Virus record (IMG/VR): IMGVR_UViG_3300027777_000023 | Coordinates: 96,001 to 160,000 of that record | Length of the DNA: 64,000 bases | Direction: 5' to 3' (one strand) | Source: a virus | Part shown: piece after piece, positions 7,958-16,955 of the stretch | Position numbering within the stretch: position 1 is the first letter of the stretch | Layout of the letters: every line of letters starts with the position of its first letter | Notes under the pieces: generated by a model | Database searches by the model: none | What the model was told of the DNA's origin: nothing | Seen by the model: the letters and a program-made list of their open reading frames with translations, nothing else | Translations under genes and position numbers: made by a program

Positions 7958-8740
7958 ATGAGCAAAAAAGTGCTATCATCGATTAAGCCTGTTTGTCAGG
8001 TGACCTCCGGAGTCGAATCCGGAAAAGCAGTAGCAGTATCGGCCTTCAAAGCCGAAATGTTGGTGGCCTTGAAAAAGGTCACCAAGGTAGAGTGGGCGGG
8101 ACTCGCAGCTGGGGTCATGATGATGACGCTCATCGGGATGATGGGCTATGGGGCCGGAAAGGCCCTGGAAGAGCAGCAGAAGGCTCTCCAGAGCCTGTCA
8201 GTTAGGTTGGATGAGGCGGCTGATATAGGCGTCTCCCTGAAAGGGGAGATAGCCGCCCTGCGCCTCACGTTGGTGGCGGTGGAGACAGCTGAAGAGCTCC
8301 ACACCAGACGCGAAGAGCTCCAAACCAGACGCCTTGACGGGCTAAGTCTGATGGCAGGCGATGGGGCAAAGAAGGTCGCCGCCCTTGAAGGAGCGGTAGA
8401 CTCCAACGCCAAAAATACGGCGGTAGAGCTCGCAACCATTAGGAATGGAGTTGCGGGCGCAGCCGAAGTTGGGCGGGCAGGGCTTCTGGTAAGCAGTCAA
8501 ATGGGGTGCTTGATAGGTTCAAGCATGCTGGGCGAGAAGGTGCGGGAGGTGGCCAAGGCCATGGCTCCAATGGTGGAGCCTGTGTCTTGGTACAACCCGA
8601 CGGCGGAGGTGATAGCACCCACAGCACCCATAGCAGAGGTGCCAGCACCCATGCCAGCACCCATGGCAGAGGTGCCGCCACCTGAATCCTGGACAGCCAG
8701 GATGCGCAGTCGACTGGCGGCGACCCTTCTCGCCAAATGA
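7958..8740 (+). CDS. Membrane-anchored coiled-coil protein with Pro-rich tail, single-gene cassette
   Basis: TM WAGLAAGVMMMTLIGMMGYGAG, long helical region, APxAEVP repeats; visibly GC-richer than flanks. Confidence 0.8.
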   Translation: MSKKVLSSIKPVCQVTSGVESGKAVAVSAFKAEMLVALKKVTKVEWAGLAAGVMMMTLIGMMGYGAGKALEEQQKALQSLSVRLDEAADIGVSLKGEIAALRLTLVAVETAEELHTRREELQTRRLDGLSLMAGDGAKKVAALEGAVDSNAKNTAVELATIRNGVAGAAEVGRAGLLVSSQMGCLIGSSMLGEKVREVAKAMAPMVEPVSWYNPTAEVIAPTAPIAEVPAPMPAPMAEVPPPESWTARMRSRLAATLLAK

Positions 8741-8753
8741 CAGCACTAGTCAT

Positions 8754-8855
8754 GATCCTACTGGTAATCGCCAGTAGGATCTTGGGCTGGATATTTGGGT
8801 TTTGAGAGATCCCCTACCACTGTAAAAGGTGGTAGGGGAAATCTTTTTTTTAGCT
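8754..8855 (+). terminator. Tandem hairpins plus terminator ending TTTTTTAGCT
   Basis: GATCCTACTGG/CCAGTAGGATC (8754-8781) and TCCCCTACCAC/GTGGTAGGGGA (8810-8839), then U-tract. Confidence 0.75.
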
Positions 8856-8893
8856 GTTCACAAGTATCCCTGTAATCTATAATACTAGTTACT

Positions 8894-9961
8894 ATGAAGA
8901 AAGAAGCAAGCAACGCAGCCATATTTGAAAAGAAGATTCTAGACCTTGTAAAGAACAGAAAGATGCTCAACTTTGGAGCAAGCCATGCGCTAGCTGGTGC
9001 AGGTATGGGAGCACTAGGTGGTGGTGCAATAGGTGCACTAGAATCAATAAACGAACCCAAAGAAGAAGGAGCGCCTTCTCACTTGCTTGATAAGGTTCTA
9101 AGATATGGCACAATTGGTGCAGCTGCAGGTGGCGGACTAGGAGCAAGCCGTGGAGCTGGAATAGCTAAAAAATTAAAGAGCGAACAGCTAGGTCAAGTAA
9201 AGAACCTGTTGAGAGAAGGTATCAATCCTGAGTTGTTGCACAATACACTTCAAAGCGGTGGACATCTTGGTGATCTTCATGTGATGGACTATTTAAACAA
9301 AGCAACGGGAACACCTGATAAGCTGTATGGTGGGGCCATGAGAGCCACTGGATTTGGAGAAGGACTAGGTAGTAGCGCAATACCAGGTGAGCTAGATCAG
9401 ATAGGCTTGCATCAGGCTCAAAAGGGCCTCAATGAAGCTGATGCTTTAAAGAGAAAAGAAAGTAGACAAAAGATCTGGGAAGGTATTACCGGCGGAGTTG
9501 ATAATATGGGTGAAGGAGTGGGTGAAGGAATGCGTGCTGTGGGTAGCGGAATAGGTGCAGGACTACATAATGTGAGAGAGCATATGAGCGTGCGCAATAT
9601 TTCTAAAGAATTGAAAGAAGCTACGAAGAAACATAACGCAATTTTTAAAATATTTAAAAAGAACCCTAATGATCCATTAGCTAGACAGGCTTTTGAAGAA
9701 GCTAAAATGGAGATGGACAGTCTGGTGAGACAAAAGGCTAACATGGTAGAGCATTTTAATGCTGAATTGCCTGAAATGAGGAGCAAGGCCACAGAAAATA
9801 TCCTTAATGAGTCTAAACGCATGTCCACAGACAAGGCCGAGCTCGCAAAAAATAAATTACTTGAAAGATTGGATGCAGATATACGTGCTGCAGCTATGAG
9901 AGGCGACGCAAGAACACTTGCCGCGTTGAAAAGGCACAAAACTATGCTTCTTAAACACTAG
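8894..9961 (+). CDS. Putative internal virion protein (K-x-A motif, glycine-zipper segments, coiled coil)
   Basis: MKKEAS start; GAGMGALGGGAIG and GAAAGGGLGA segments. Confidence 0.7.
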   Translation: MKKEASNAAIFEKKILDLVKNRKMLNFGASHALAGAGMGALGGGAIGALESINEPKEEGAPSHLLDKVLRYGTIGAAAGGGLGASRGAGIAKKLKSEQLGQVKNLLREGINPELLHNTLQSGGHLGDLHVMDYLNKATGTPDKLYGGAMRATGFGEGLGSSAIPGELDQIGLHQAQKGLNEADALKRKESRQKIWEGITGGVDNMGEGVGEGMRAVGSGIGAGLHNVREHMSVRNISKELKEATKKHNAIFKIFKKNPNDPLARQAFEEAKMEMDSLVRQKANMVEHFNAELPEMRSKATENILNESKRMSTDKAELAKNKLLERLDADIRAAAMRGDARTLAALKRHKTMLLKH

Positions 9962-9966
9962 GTTTT

Positions 9967-12900
9967 ATGTTTAATTTTGTACAATTAGCTAAAAAACTAC
10001 AAAAAAACGTCAAAAAAGCAGAGAACAAAGAAAAATTAGTCACGTTTCTGCATAAATATGCGTTGGTTGTACAGAATTCAGACAAAAATCAGCCCACAAC
10101 GCAGAAACCAGACACAGTTGGAGTTGTTTCAGGTCAAACTCTAGGTGCCTTAGCGTCGCAAGTAGGTGAGTCACCAACACCAAAAGCAATGACCACACAG
10201 ATTACAGCACCAAAAGCTGTAAAGATGCCTTCTACTACGGAGAAACCTATTATGGCAGGCATTCTTGCCGAGGATCATCCAGGCGAAACACAATCAATCA
10301 ATGGCAATAGAGCTGTAGCTGGGGCTGATGCGCCCTCAAAGATGACTGCCTTCCCTAAAGTGATGGGTGAGGTAGCCGATACCGCAGCTCAGTCTACAGT
10401 GGAACTTTCTAGTCTACCCCCTGATCTTCTACACATGAGCAGGATGACTAACCCATTTGACGGAAACGCAAAATTATATGCAGGTGGCAAACTACGCTCA
10501 ACACCAACACCACCACCACAGGTTTTAACTCCTAGTCCTTCCCCAGTAAATAGCGCACAGAACCCAAGTAGACCTAAATTATCGCCAGGGTTAGAAGGAT
10601 ATGTGACTCCACAATATACTGCTAGCGGTATAGACACAGTTAAAAATGACCGTTTTGATAGTCGTTCATATATTGCTACTAGAGAATCTAACGGTGGAGA
10701 AAGCCCATATAATATGGAAAATTTTAAGGGGGTAATAACACCAAGGGCTGTTTTAAATAATACATATGGTGATCAACTAGATAAAAATGTAGCTGAGGCT
10801 AGTGCGTATAATAAGAAAAACAATCCACATAACGAAATAGAAAAAAATATAGATAAACCTGTGCATCTTTTCGAGTCTGACAAAGATGTAACCTCATATA
10901 GTCCAGCGTTTGCATCTAATTCTGCATCTCCAAGAAACGAGGGCATTATAAATATAAACCCTATAAGGAAGGATCGTGACGCATTTACATTGCAAAAAAA
11001 TCACATGGCGCAAATATCCCCAAACAATAAAAGCCTTAGTACTACGACTGATCCGGAGATGGTGCAAAATCCGTGGAATTCGTTAAGACATGAGGCAGCG
11101 CATGCAATGTATCCTGCTCAAAATCTTATACGTATGGAGGACAAAGATAGTGCATTGTCTAACAATGCACTTCGCAGCGCTCTAAATACCCAGAACCCAG
11201 AAATAGTTAAAACAATGCCTGCACATACCGAGGTCATGACTAGAGGATATTTTGCCGATGCGGGTGAAAGGGCTACAGGGATCAGTACAGCTCAGCAAGA
11301 CATGTTCAGACTTACAGGTAACAGGGCTAAAACTCCTGAACAGTTTCAGGCATTTATAAACAAATACTTAAGTTCTCCAAACATTGAAAAATCTATGCAA
11401 GAGTTGAGCCCCAACACTCGCAGATATATTAGATTTCATGTGGGTATGCCAGAAGAACAAAAGTGGAAATTCATGCAATCGGATGCGCACGTCGCCCCAG
11501 GCTTTGTACAGAACCAACAACAGCCGATGGGTCAAAAAATAGCTTCCTGTAGAAGCACTGGTGTATTCGACTGTGACGGTAATGAATACGTGAACGGTGA
11601 CGATGTTGAATTGTTAGGCAAACTAGGCTTTATTTTAGCTATTAGTGAGTATGGTAAGTTAGAAAAGACAAGTGAGGTATATGATCAGTATAGCTATATA
11701 GAAAAGATTGCAGGAATACCTAAGGCTGTGGTTAAAGCCGTAGATAAAGGTGATGCCTTCAGTGGTGAGTTCTTAAAGGATATGGATTACGACGTCCCAA
11801 AGGGTTATGAGATGAAAGGTGATCTATGTTGTCCTGTTGAGAAGAAGGCAGATGACGCGGCGCCTTCCAATACAACATGGTCTTCAGAATTATTAAATGA
11901 ACTAACGTCGAGAATAGCTAAAGACCAAAGTTTTCGATCAGGTAATGCAATATCAACCAATAACACAGTATCTGGTCAAGATATAGATAAAAGTAATATT
12001 GCTTGGCTGAAACCTCACTTAGATAAATTTGGATTACCGACAGGTCAACCAGGTAAAGATGTGGCATTACTTGTGCAGCATGCAGATTTTGATCCCGACT
12101 TTCAAGAAACTGTATTGCAGAAAATGCGCACACATAATCAAAGTAATCCTGGAAGCTACGGTGGTGAAACTGTTGCGCACTTGGATGACAGAATTAACGT
12201 TAATAGAGGACGTCCACAGATGTATGGCAGTCAAGGAGGAGAAATTTTTGAGAATGGAAAATGGACCTGGAAACCTAAAGAAATTTTTGAGTCTCACAAC
12301 CTAGAAAATCGAAGGAAAGAAATGGGGCTCATACCACATAAAGAATACACTGATCTTATAAATAAGCATTTTGTAAGCAAGTTACCTTTACCTGCACAAC
12401 AACCACCAACGCAAAATACACTCACACCAAACACAACACCAAATCTATCCACAAAGATTCAACCAACACCCATAGGAGTAAATCAAGATGTGTCGAATAT
12501 ATATGGAGCTGGTGATACTCCATATGGTGAGAAGCCTGTTAAAAATCCTTTTCCTGGAATAGCTGGGGATGTTGGTGTTAACGTTCTTGAGTTTCTTGCA
12601 GCTAGGGGAGCCCGCAGAGCTCAGAATAATAATATAGAAGCCGCTTTGAGTAAAGGTGTGCTTGGTGGTCCCTATGGGCCTCCTGTACCTCCAGGATCTG
12701 GTGGTACGCCAATTCCTGGATCATCTTTAATAGGTAAAGCTCGAATGTGGGGAAATGTCGCTAATGGTGTACCTCTGTTTGGTGCAGGAACTCAGTTACA
12801 GGGAGCAAACGATAGACGTAAAGATGGAGATTATACTGGAATGCTTATAGATGGTGTTGGAGCACTAGGTAGTGCCGCACAGCTTCATCCTTTGACTAAA

Positions 12901-13401
12901 GGTATAGGACTAGGGGTTAGCACAGCTAGCACTGGCGTGAACATAGCTAGAGACGTGCATAGATATAATAACCGGCCTGTAGAGTTTAGTAGAAATCCTG
13001 AGAATGTAAAACTTAACGCTCCAGAAAATCCTGTACAGATTCCTCAAACACTAGCTAAAGCTGGGAATGTAAGCAAAGAAGCTAAAGGCAGATGCTGGGA
13101 AGGCTATAAGCCTGTTAAAGGTAAAAAGCCTTATAGTGCGGATAGCTGTGAGCCGGTAGCTAAAGAAATAGAGAAAGAGGCAGGTATGCCAGATTGGTTA
13201 AGAAGAGCTATACGCAATAACGATAAATCTACGTTGAGTAGTGCAGGTAAGGCCGGGGCAAGAGCACGAGCAAAGAATCTGGCAGCTAAGAAAAGTAAAG
13301 ATGAATTAAGACGCATGCTTGATATGGGTGCTGAAGCGGTGCCCAAGATTATTCATCCACCTAGCGCATATAATGTACAACCTCCCTTGCCAGGGATCTA
13401 G
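9967..13401 (+). CDS. Multidomain putative virion protein: HExxH zincin-like region, DUF6624-like domain, Gly-rich hydrophobic region, CWEGY Cys motif
   Basis: LRHEAAH; RIAKDQSFR...LLVQHAD...HLDDRINVNRGRPQMYGSQ...RRKEMGL (DUF6624-like); GRCWEGYKPVKGKKPYSADSC; many K-x-A sites between modules. Confidence 0.7.
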   Translation: MFNFVQLAKKLQKNVKKAENKEKLVTFLHKYALVVQNSDKNQPTTQKPDTVGVVSGQTLGALASQVGESPTPKAMTTQITAPKAVKMPSTTEKPIMAGILAEDHPGETQSINGNRAVAGADAPSKMTAFPKVMGEVADTAAQSTVELSSLPPDLLHMSRMTNPFDGNAKLYAGGKLRSTPTPPPQVLTPSPSPVNSAQNPSRPKLSPGLEGYVTPQYTASGIDTVKNDRFDSRSYIATRESNGGESPYNMENFKGVITPRAVLNNTYGDQLDKNVAEASAYNKKNNPHNEIEKNIDKPVHLFESDKDVTSYSPAFASNSASPRNEGIININPIRKDRDAFTLQKNHMAQISPNNKSLSTTTDPEMVQNPWNSLRHEAAHAMYPAQNLIRMEDKDSALSNNALRSALNTQNPEIVKTMPAHTEVMTRGYFADAGERATGISTAQQDMFRLTGNRAKTPEQFQAFINKYLSSPNIEKSMQELSPNTRRYIRFHVGMPEEQKWKFMQSDAHVAPGFVQNQQQPMGQKIASCRSTGVFDCDGNEYVNGDDVELLGKLGFILAISEYGKLEKTSEVYDQYSYIEKIAGIPKAVVKAVDKGDAFSGEFLKDMDYDVPKGYEMKGDLCCPVEKKADDAAPSNTTWSSELLNELTSRIAKDQSFRSGNAISTNNTVSGQDIDKSNIAWLKPHLDKFGLPTGQPGKDVALLVQHADFDPDFQETVLQKMRTHNQSNPGSYGGETVAHLDDRINVNRGRPQMYGSQGGEIFENGKWTWKPKEIFESHNLENRRKEMGLIPHKEYTDLINKHFVSKLPLPAQQPPTQNTLTPNTTPNLSTKIQPTPIGVNQDVSNIYGAGDTPYGEKPVKNPFPGIAGDVGVNVLEFLAARGARRAQNNNIEAALSKGVLGGPYGPPVPPGSGGTPIPGSSLIGKARMWGNVANGVPLFGAGTQLQGANDRRKDGDYTGMLIDGVGALGSAAQLHPLTKGIGLGVSTASTGVNIARDVHRYNNRPVEFSRNPENVKLNAPENPVQIPQTLAKAGNVSKEAKGRCWEGYKPVKGKKPYSADSCEPVAKEIEKEAGMPDWLRRAIRNNDKSTLSSAGKAGARARAKNLAAKKSKDELRRMLDMGAEAVPKIIHPPSAYNVQPPLPGI

Positions 13402-13480
13402 TACCCCCCCCCACCCATATAAATAGTGATCTAGATGGTATAATACTTTGAATCAGCGGCCAGTAACTGCTGATAGTTTT
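13402..13480 (+). promoter_or_regulatory. Cassette promoter 4 with hairpin leader
   Basis: polyC, TATAAATAG-N9-TGGTATAATACTTTGAATCAG; 45-nt identity with 7456-7500. Confidence 0.85.
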
Positions 13481-13492
13481 AGTTTATTTATT

Positions 13493-13708
13493 ATGATCCA
13501 GGAGCTTTTGGTAGAAATGTTGAAAGAAAGAGACAAACTGACCTATCTGGGAGCTAAATTGGCGCCCGAAAGGCAGACGCACTACAGAAGAGAAGCTGAT
13601 AGGCTTTTTAGGGTGCTGGGGGCGTGCAACCCCTTTACAGTTGACCCGAAGAAAGAGCTCCTTGCCTACAACGAGCTCATGGAAAAGGTCAGTGAAGCTG
13701 ACTTGTAG
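13493..13708 (+). CDS. Hypothetical protein (71 aa), single-gene cassette
   Basis: ATG at 13493 between promoter 4 and a terminator. Confidence 0.7.
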   Translation: MIQELLVEMLKERDKLTYLGAKLAPERQTHYRREADRLFRVLGACNPFTVDPKKELLAYNELMEKVSEADL

Positions 13709-13711
13709 TTC

Positions 13712-13755
13712 AAAAGCGTGTTCCCTTTGAGGGAAGTAAACCGCTTTTTTTAGCT
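13712..13755 (+). terminator. Intrinsic terminator ending TTTTTTAGCT
   Basis: AAGCG...TTCCC-TTTGA-GGGAA...CGCTT plus U-tract. Confidence 0.7.
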
Positions 13756-13790
13756 ATCAGAGATCGGTAGAATAAAGTATAATATTATCC

Positions 13791-14132
13791 ATGGATAACA
13801 ACACGCTGAAAGAGTTTGGCATCGACGTGGGCCTACTAGTTAGTGGGTTGTTTGGCGCTATACTGCTTACAAGTAAAGGTAGTGCTATGAATCTTACTCG
13901 TACGATTAGCAGTCTTGTTGGTGGGGCAGCTAGCGCTAACTATATCACACCTATTGTAGTTACTGTAACAAAGCTCGACGATTCGCGCTATCATTACGGC
14001 ATAGCTTTCCTACTAGGTTTTCTTGGTTTAAAAGGTATTGAGTATTTCAGTCGTAAAATACTTCCTGATGAAGCACCGCCTGAGGTTGTGCCCGCCAAAC
14101 CAAAAAGAATTCTAAAAAAGAGAACAACATGA
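13791..14132 (+). CDS. Putative holin (3 TM, basic C-tail)
   Basis: Three Gly-rich TM helices, GIAFLLGFLGLKGIE, lysine-rich tail; ATG lies 7 nt after a TATAAT. Confidence 0.6.
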   Translation: MDNNTLKEFGIDVGLLVSGLFGAILLTSKGSAMNLTRTISSLVGGAASANYITPIVVTVTKLDDSRYHYGIAFLLGFLGLKGIEYFSRKILPDEAPPEVVPAKPKRILKKRTT

Positions 14133-14500
14133 TCTCCCCACAACTTGTAGCCATTAACGCAATTGCTAACTGCACCACAGCCATATCAGCTTTGGGTTTA
14201 CTCATTCATATATTCGGAGATCCAGATAATGAGATCTGGAACAATAGAATCAAGGCATGGCTGGCCAAGGCAGGTTTAAGTATTATGACGTGTGGAGCAG
14301 TAAGTAATGCTATAACTTTATCTGATCCACCACCCACAGAAATTATATTAAATTGTGGCATAGCTATAACATTGTTTTGGTTGAGTTGGTGGCAGTGGGA
14401 GTTGTTCAAATCAATGCAGCAAAAGTTCAAGCAGGTTGAAAAGAAGGTTCCAGTTAAAAAGCCTCGCAAGAAAAAACCAAAAGTAAAGCCAGCTGTATGA
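14129..14500 (+). CDS. Membrane protein (3-4 TM, basic C-tail)
   Basis: Hydrophobic segments; ATGA overlap with the holin-like gene. Confidence 0.7.
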   Translation: MISPQLVAINAIANCTTAISALGLLIHIFGDPDNEIWNNRIKAWLAKAGLSIMTCGAVSNAITLSDPPPTEIILNCGIAITLFWLSWWQWELFKSMQQKFKQVEKKVPVKKPRKKKPKVKPAV

Positions 14501-15549
14501 CACCAGACAAACTAAAGTTCGGATGCCCTCGAGCTCCAGAGGATCCAAGAGATCATCTATACAAAGCATCTGCGGTATCGTCGTCTTTAGCAGCAAATAT
14601 AGATTTAAGGCCGTTTTGCCCACCCATCAGAAACCAGGGCGACCTTGGCGCATGCACAGCTTTTGGTGCAACAGCTCTTGTAGACTTTGTGCGTAAGAAG
14701 CAGGGATTAACTGTATGGACACCCAGTCCATTGTTCACATATTATAGTACAAGACTAATGGAGGGAACTGTGGATTCTGATAGTGGTGCATATGTTCGTG
14801 ATGCTTTAAAGTCTACTGTAAACGATGGGGTAGCCCTTGAACGTGAATGGCCCTATCTCATTGATAAATTTAACGTTCGGCCTAGTGAGGATGTGTGGGC
14901 TAATGCGACAAAGCATCAGACGTTAGAATATTTAAAACTTAATGATACAGATAAAGCTGCAGTACTGGGCTGTCTTAACGATGGTTATCCTTTTATATTT
15001 GGAATACGATTATACACATCGTTTACAAACAGTCTTGATACAATGTTTGGCGGCAGTGTGCATGAACCCAACAGAGCTAAAGAAAAGCTTTTAGGTGGGC
15101 ATTGCATGATGTGTGTTGGGTATCAGAAACGAGATGATGAGAGTGAGTATGCTATTGTTATGAATAGCTGGGGCAGTGGTTGGGGAGATGCCGGTTACTG
15201 CTATATTCCATTAAATTATTTATTGAGCTCCGATAGCTATGACTTTTGGACAGTTAGAACGGTCGAAGTATGTGATGAGGATATTGCTGATCCCGTTGCA
15301 CCAGCACCAGCTCCAATTCCAGTACCTGAACCACCAGCACCAGAGCCAGAACCTGTGCCTCCCACTCCAGAGCCACCTGCTCCTATTGTTCCACCTGCTC
15401 CACCAGTTCCTGAGCCGGTTCCTGTTGTCCCTATTGTTCCTGATGTACCTTCGGATATTGTTGATGTGCAAAAGCAAATGGATCGCAATACAGTGATAGC
15501 TGTTTTATTGTTTGTGATAGTGTTGACATTGTTCTTTCTTATCAAGTAA
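14497..15549 (+). CDS. Papain-like cysteine peptidase (C1 family) with Pro-rich linker and C-terminal TM anchor
   Basis: RNQGDLGACTAF (Gln, Cys), GGHCMMCVGY (His), IVMNSWGSGWG (Asn). Confidence 0.9.
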   Translation: MTPDKLKFGCPRAPEDPRDHLYKASAVSSSLAANIDLRPFCPPIRNQGDLGACTAFGATALVDFVRKKQGLTVWTPSPLFTYYSTRLMEGTVDSDSGAYVRDALKSTVNDGVALEREWPYLIDKFNVRPSEDVWANATKHQTLEYLKLNDTDKAAVLGCLNDGYPFIFGIRLYTSFTNSLDTMFGGSVHEPNRAKEKLLGGHCMMCVGYQKRDDESEYAIVMNSWGSGWGDAGYCYIPLNYLLSSDSYDFWTVRTVEVCDEDIADPVAPAPAPIPVPEPPAPEPEPVPPTPEPPAPIVPPAPPVPEPVPVVPIVPDVPSDIVDVQKQMDRNTVIAVLLFVIVLTLFFLIK

Positions 15550-15586
15550 ACTGTAGAGTAAGTTCGTTAACCCCAAAAATAAAAAT

Positions 15587-16951
15587 ATGAGCGACTGCGG
15601 CAATCATTCTAATTCCTTTCACACGCGTCGAGAATTTCTTACAGACTTTGGAGCAGGACTTGGTGGGTTATCTCTCGCTGCATTATTTAACATAGATTCA
15701 GCTACAGCAGAAGCTGCATCACCGTTAATAGCAAAACCGTCTCATTTCCCAGTAAAAGCAAAAGCTATTATTCAGTTGTTTGCGAGTGGGGCCCCGTCCA
15801 GTGTTGATACATTTGACTATAAACCCGAACTTCAAAAGAATGATGGAGTAGAGATTGGCAATGGAAGGTTATTGGGTTCTCCTTTTAATTTTCCAAAATT
15901 TGGAAAATCGGGCTTAGAAATTTCTGAAGTGTGGTCTAAACTAGGGCAGCATGCAGATGATATGGCAATCATCAATTCTATGTTTGCAGAGATACCTGAT
16001 CATGGTATTGCAGCAAAGATGTTTAATACAGGTTCTGCTCAACTACCTAAACCAAGTCTTGGTAGTTGGATGGTATACGGTCTTGGTTCTTTAAATCAGA
16101 ATATGCCTGGATTTATTTCATTAAACGGAAACGCTGATTGGAGACAATGTGCGTTTCTTCCAGGGATGTATCAAGGATGCAACGTGCAGTATCGATCTAC
16201 AATCAAAGCTGAAGAAATTTTAGCAAATATTCGCAGTGAGTTTTCTACTCAAGAGCGTCAACGCCGTCAGATTGATTTTGCAAAAGTATTAAATGCCAAT
16301 CATATGGCTCAATTGCAGAGAGATGTTCAACTTGAATCTCGTATTGAAGCGTTTGAAACAGCGTTTAAGATGCAGACAGAAGCTACTGATGCGTTTGACA
16401 TTAAGAAAGAACCTCAAGCTATACATGAGCTGTATGGTGCAGGTGAGGAGGCAGCAAAGATGATTGTTGCACGCAGACTAGTTGAAAGAGGGGTTCGTTT
16501 TGTTCAAGTGCAGGTTGGTGGGTATGATCATCATACAGACATTAAGGGCAGCATGACAAGAACAGCTGAAAGATACGACAAACCATTCTCTGCTCTATTA
16601 ACTGATCTTAAACAAAAGGGGTTGCTTGAATCCACTCTTGTTATTTGGGGTGGTGAGTTTGGTAGAACCGTGACAGCAGGAGGAGGTGCAGGTTTACCAG
16701 GCAGAGACCACAACGGTAAAGCATTCTCTGTCTGGATGGCTGGGGGCGGTGTCAAGGGTGGTCAGCGTTACGGTGAAACAGATGAAACAGGCGGTAAAGT
16801 GGTTAAAGACGCGGTACACATGCACGACTTCCATGCTACTATATTAGCTTTAATGGGATTTGATCACACCAAACTGACTTATAACTACAATGGTAGAGAT
16901 TTTCGTCTAACAGATAACTTTGGTAATGTAATTAAAGATATTATTGCGTAA
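15587..16951 (+). CDS. DUF1501 family protein (Tat-exported)
   Basis: Tat motif TRREFL; KAKAIIQLFASGAPSSVDTFDYKP; ARRLVERGVRFVQV; TLVIWGGEFGRT; GRDHN; VHMHDFHATIL; GRDFRLTD. Confidence 0.92.
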   Translation: MSDCGNHSNSFHTRREFLTDFGAGLGGLSLAALFNIDSATAEAASPLIAKPSHFPVKAKAIIQLFASGAPSSVDTFDYKPELQKNDGVEIGNGRLLGSPFNFPKFGKSGLEISEVWSKLGQHADDMAIINSMFAEIPDHGIAAKMFNTGSAQLPKPSLGSWMVYGLGSLNQNMPGFISLNGNADWRQCAFLPGMYQGCNVQYRSTIKAEEILANIRSEFSTQERQRRQIDFAKVLNANHMAQLQRDVQLESRIEAFETAFKMQTEATDAFDIKKEPQAIHELYGAGEEAAKMIVARRLVERGVRFVQVQVGGYDHHTDIKGSMTRTAERYDKPFSALLTDLKQKGLLESTLVIWGGEFGRTVTAGGGAGLPGRDHNGKAFSVWMAGGGVKGGQRYGETDETGGKVVKDAVHMHDFHATILALMGFDHTKLTYNYNGRDFRLTDNFGNVIKDIIA

Positions 16952-16955
16952 TCAT

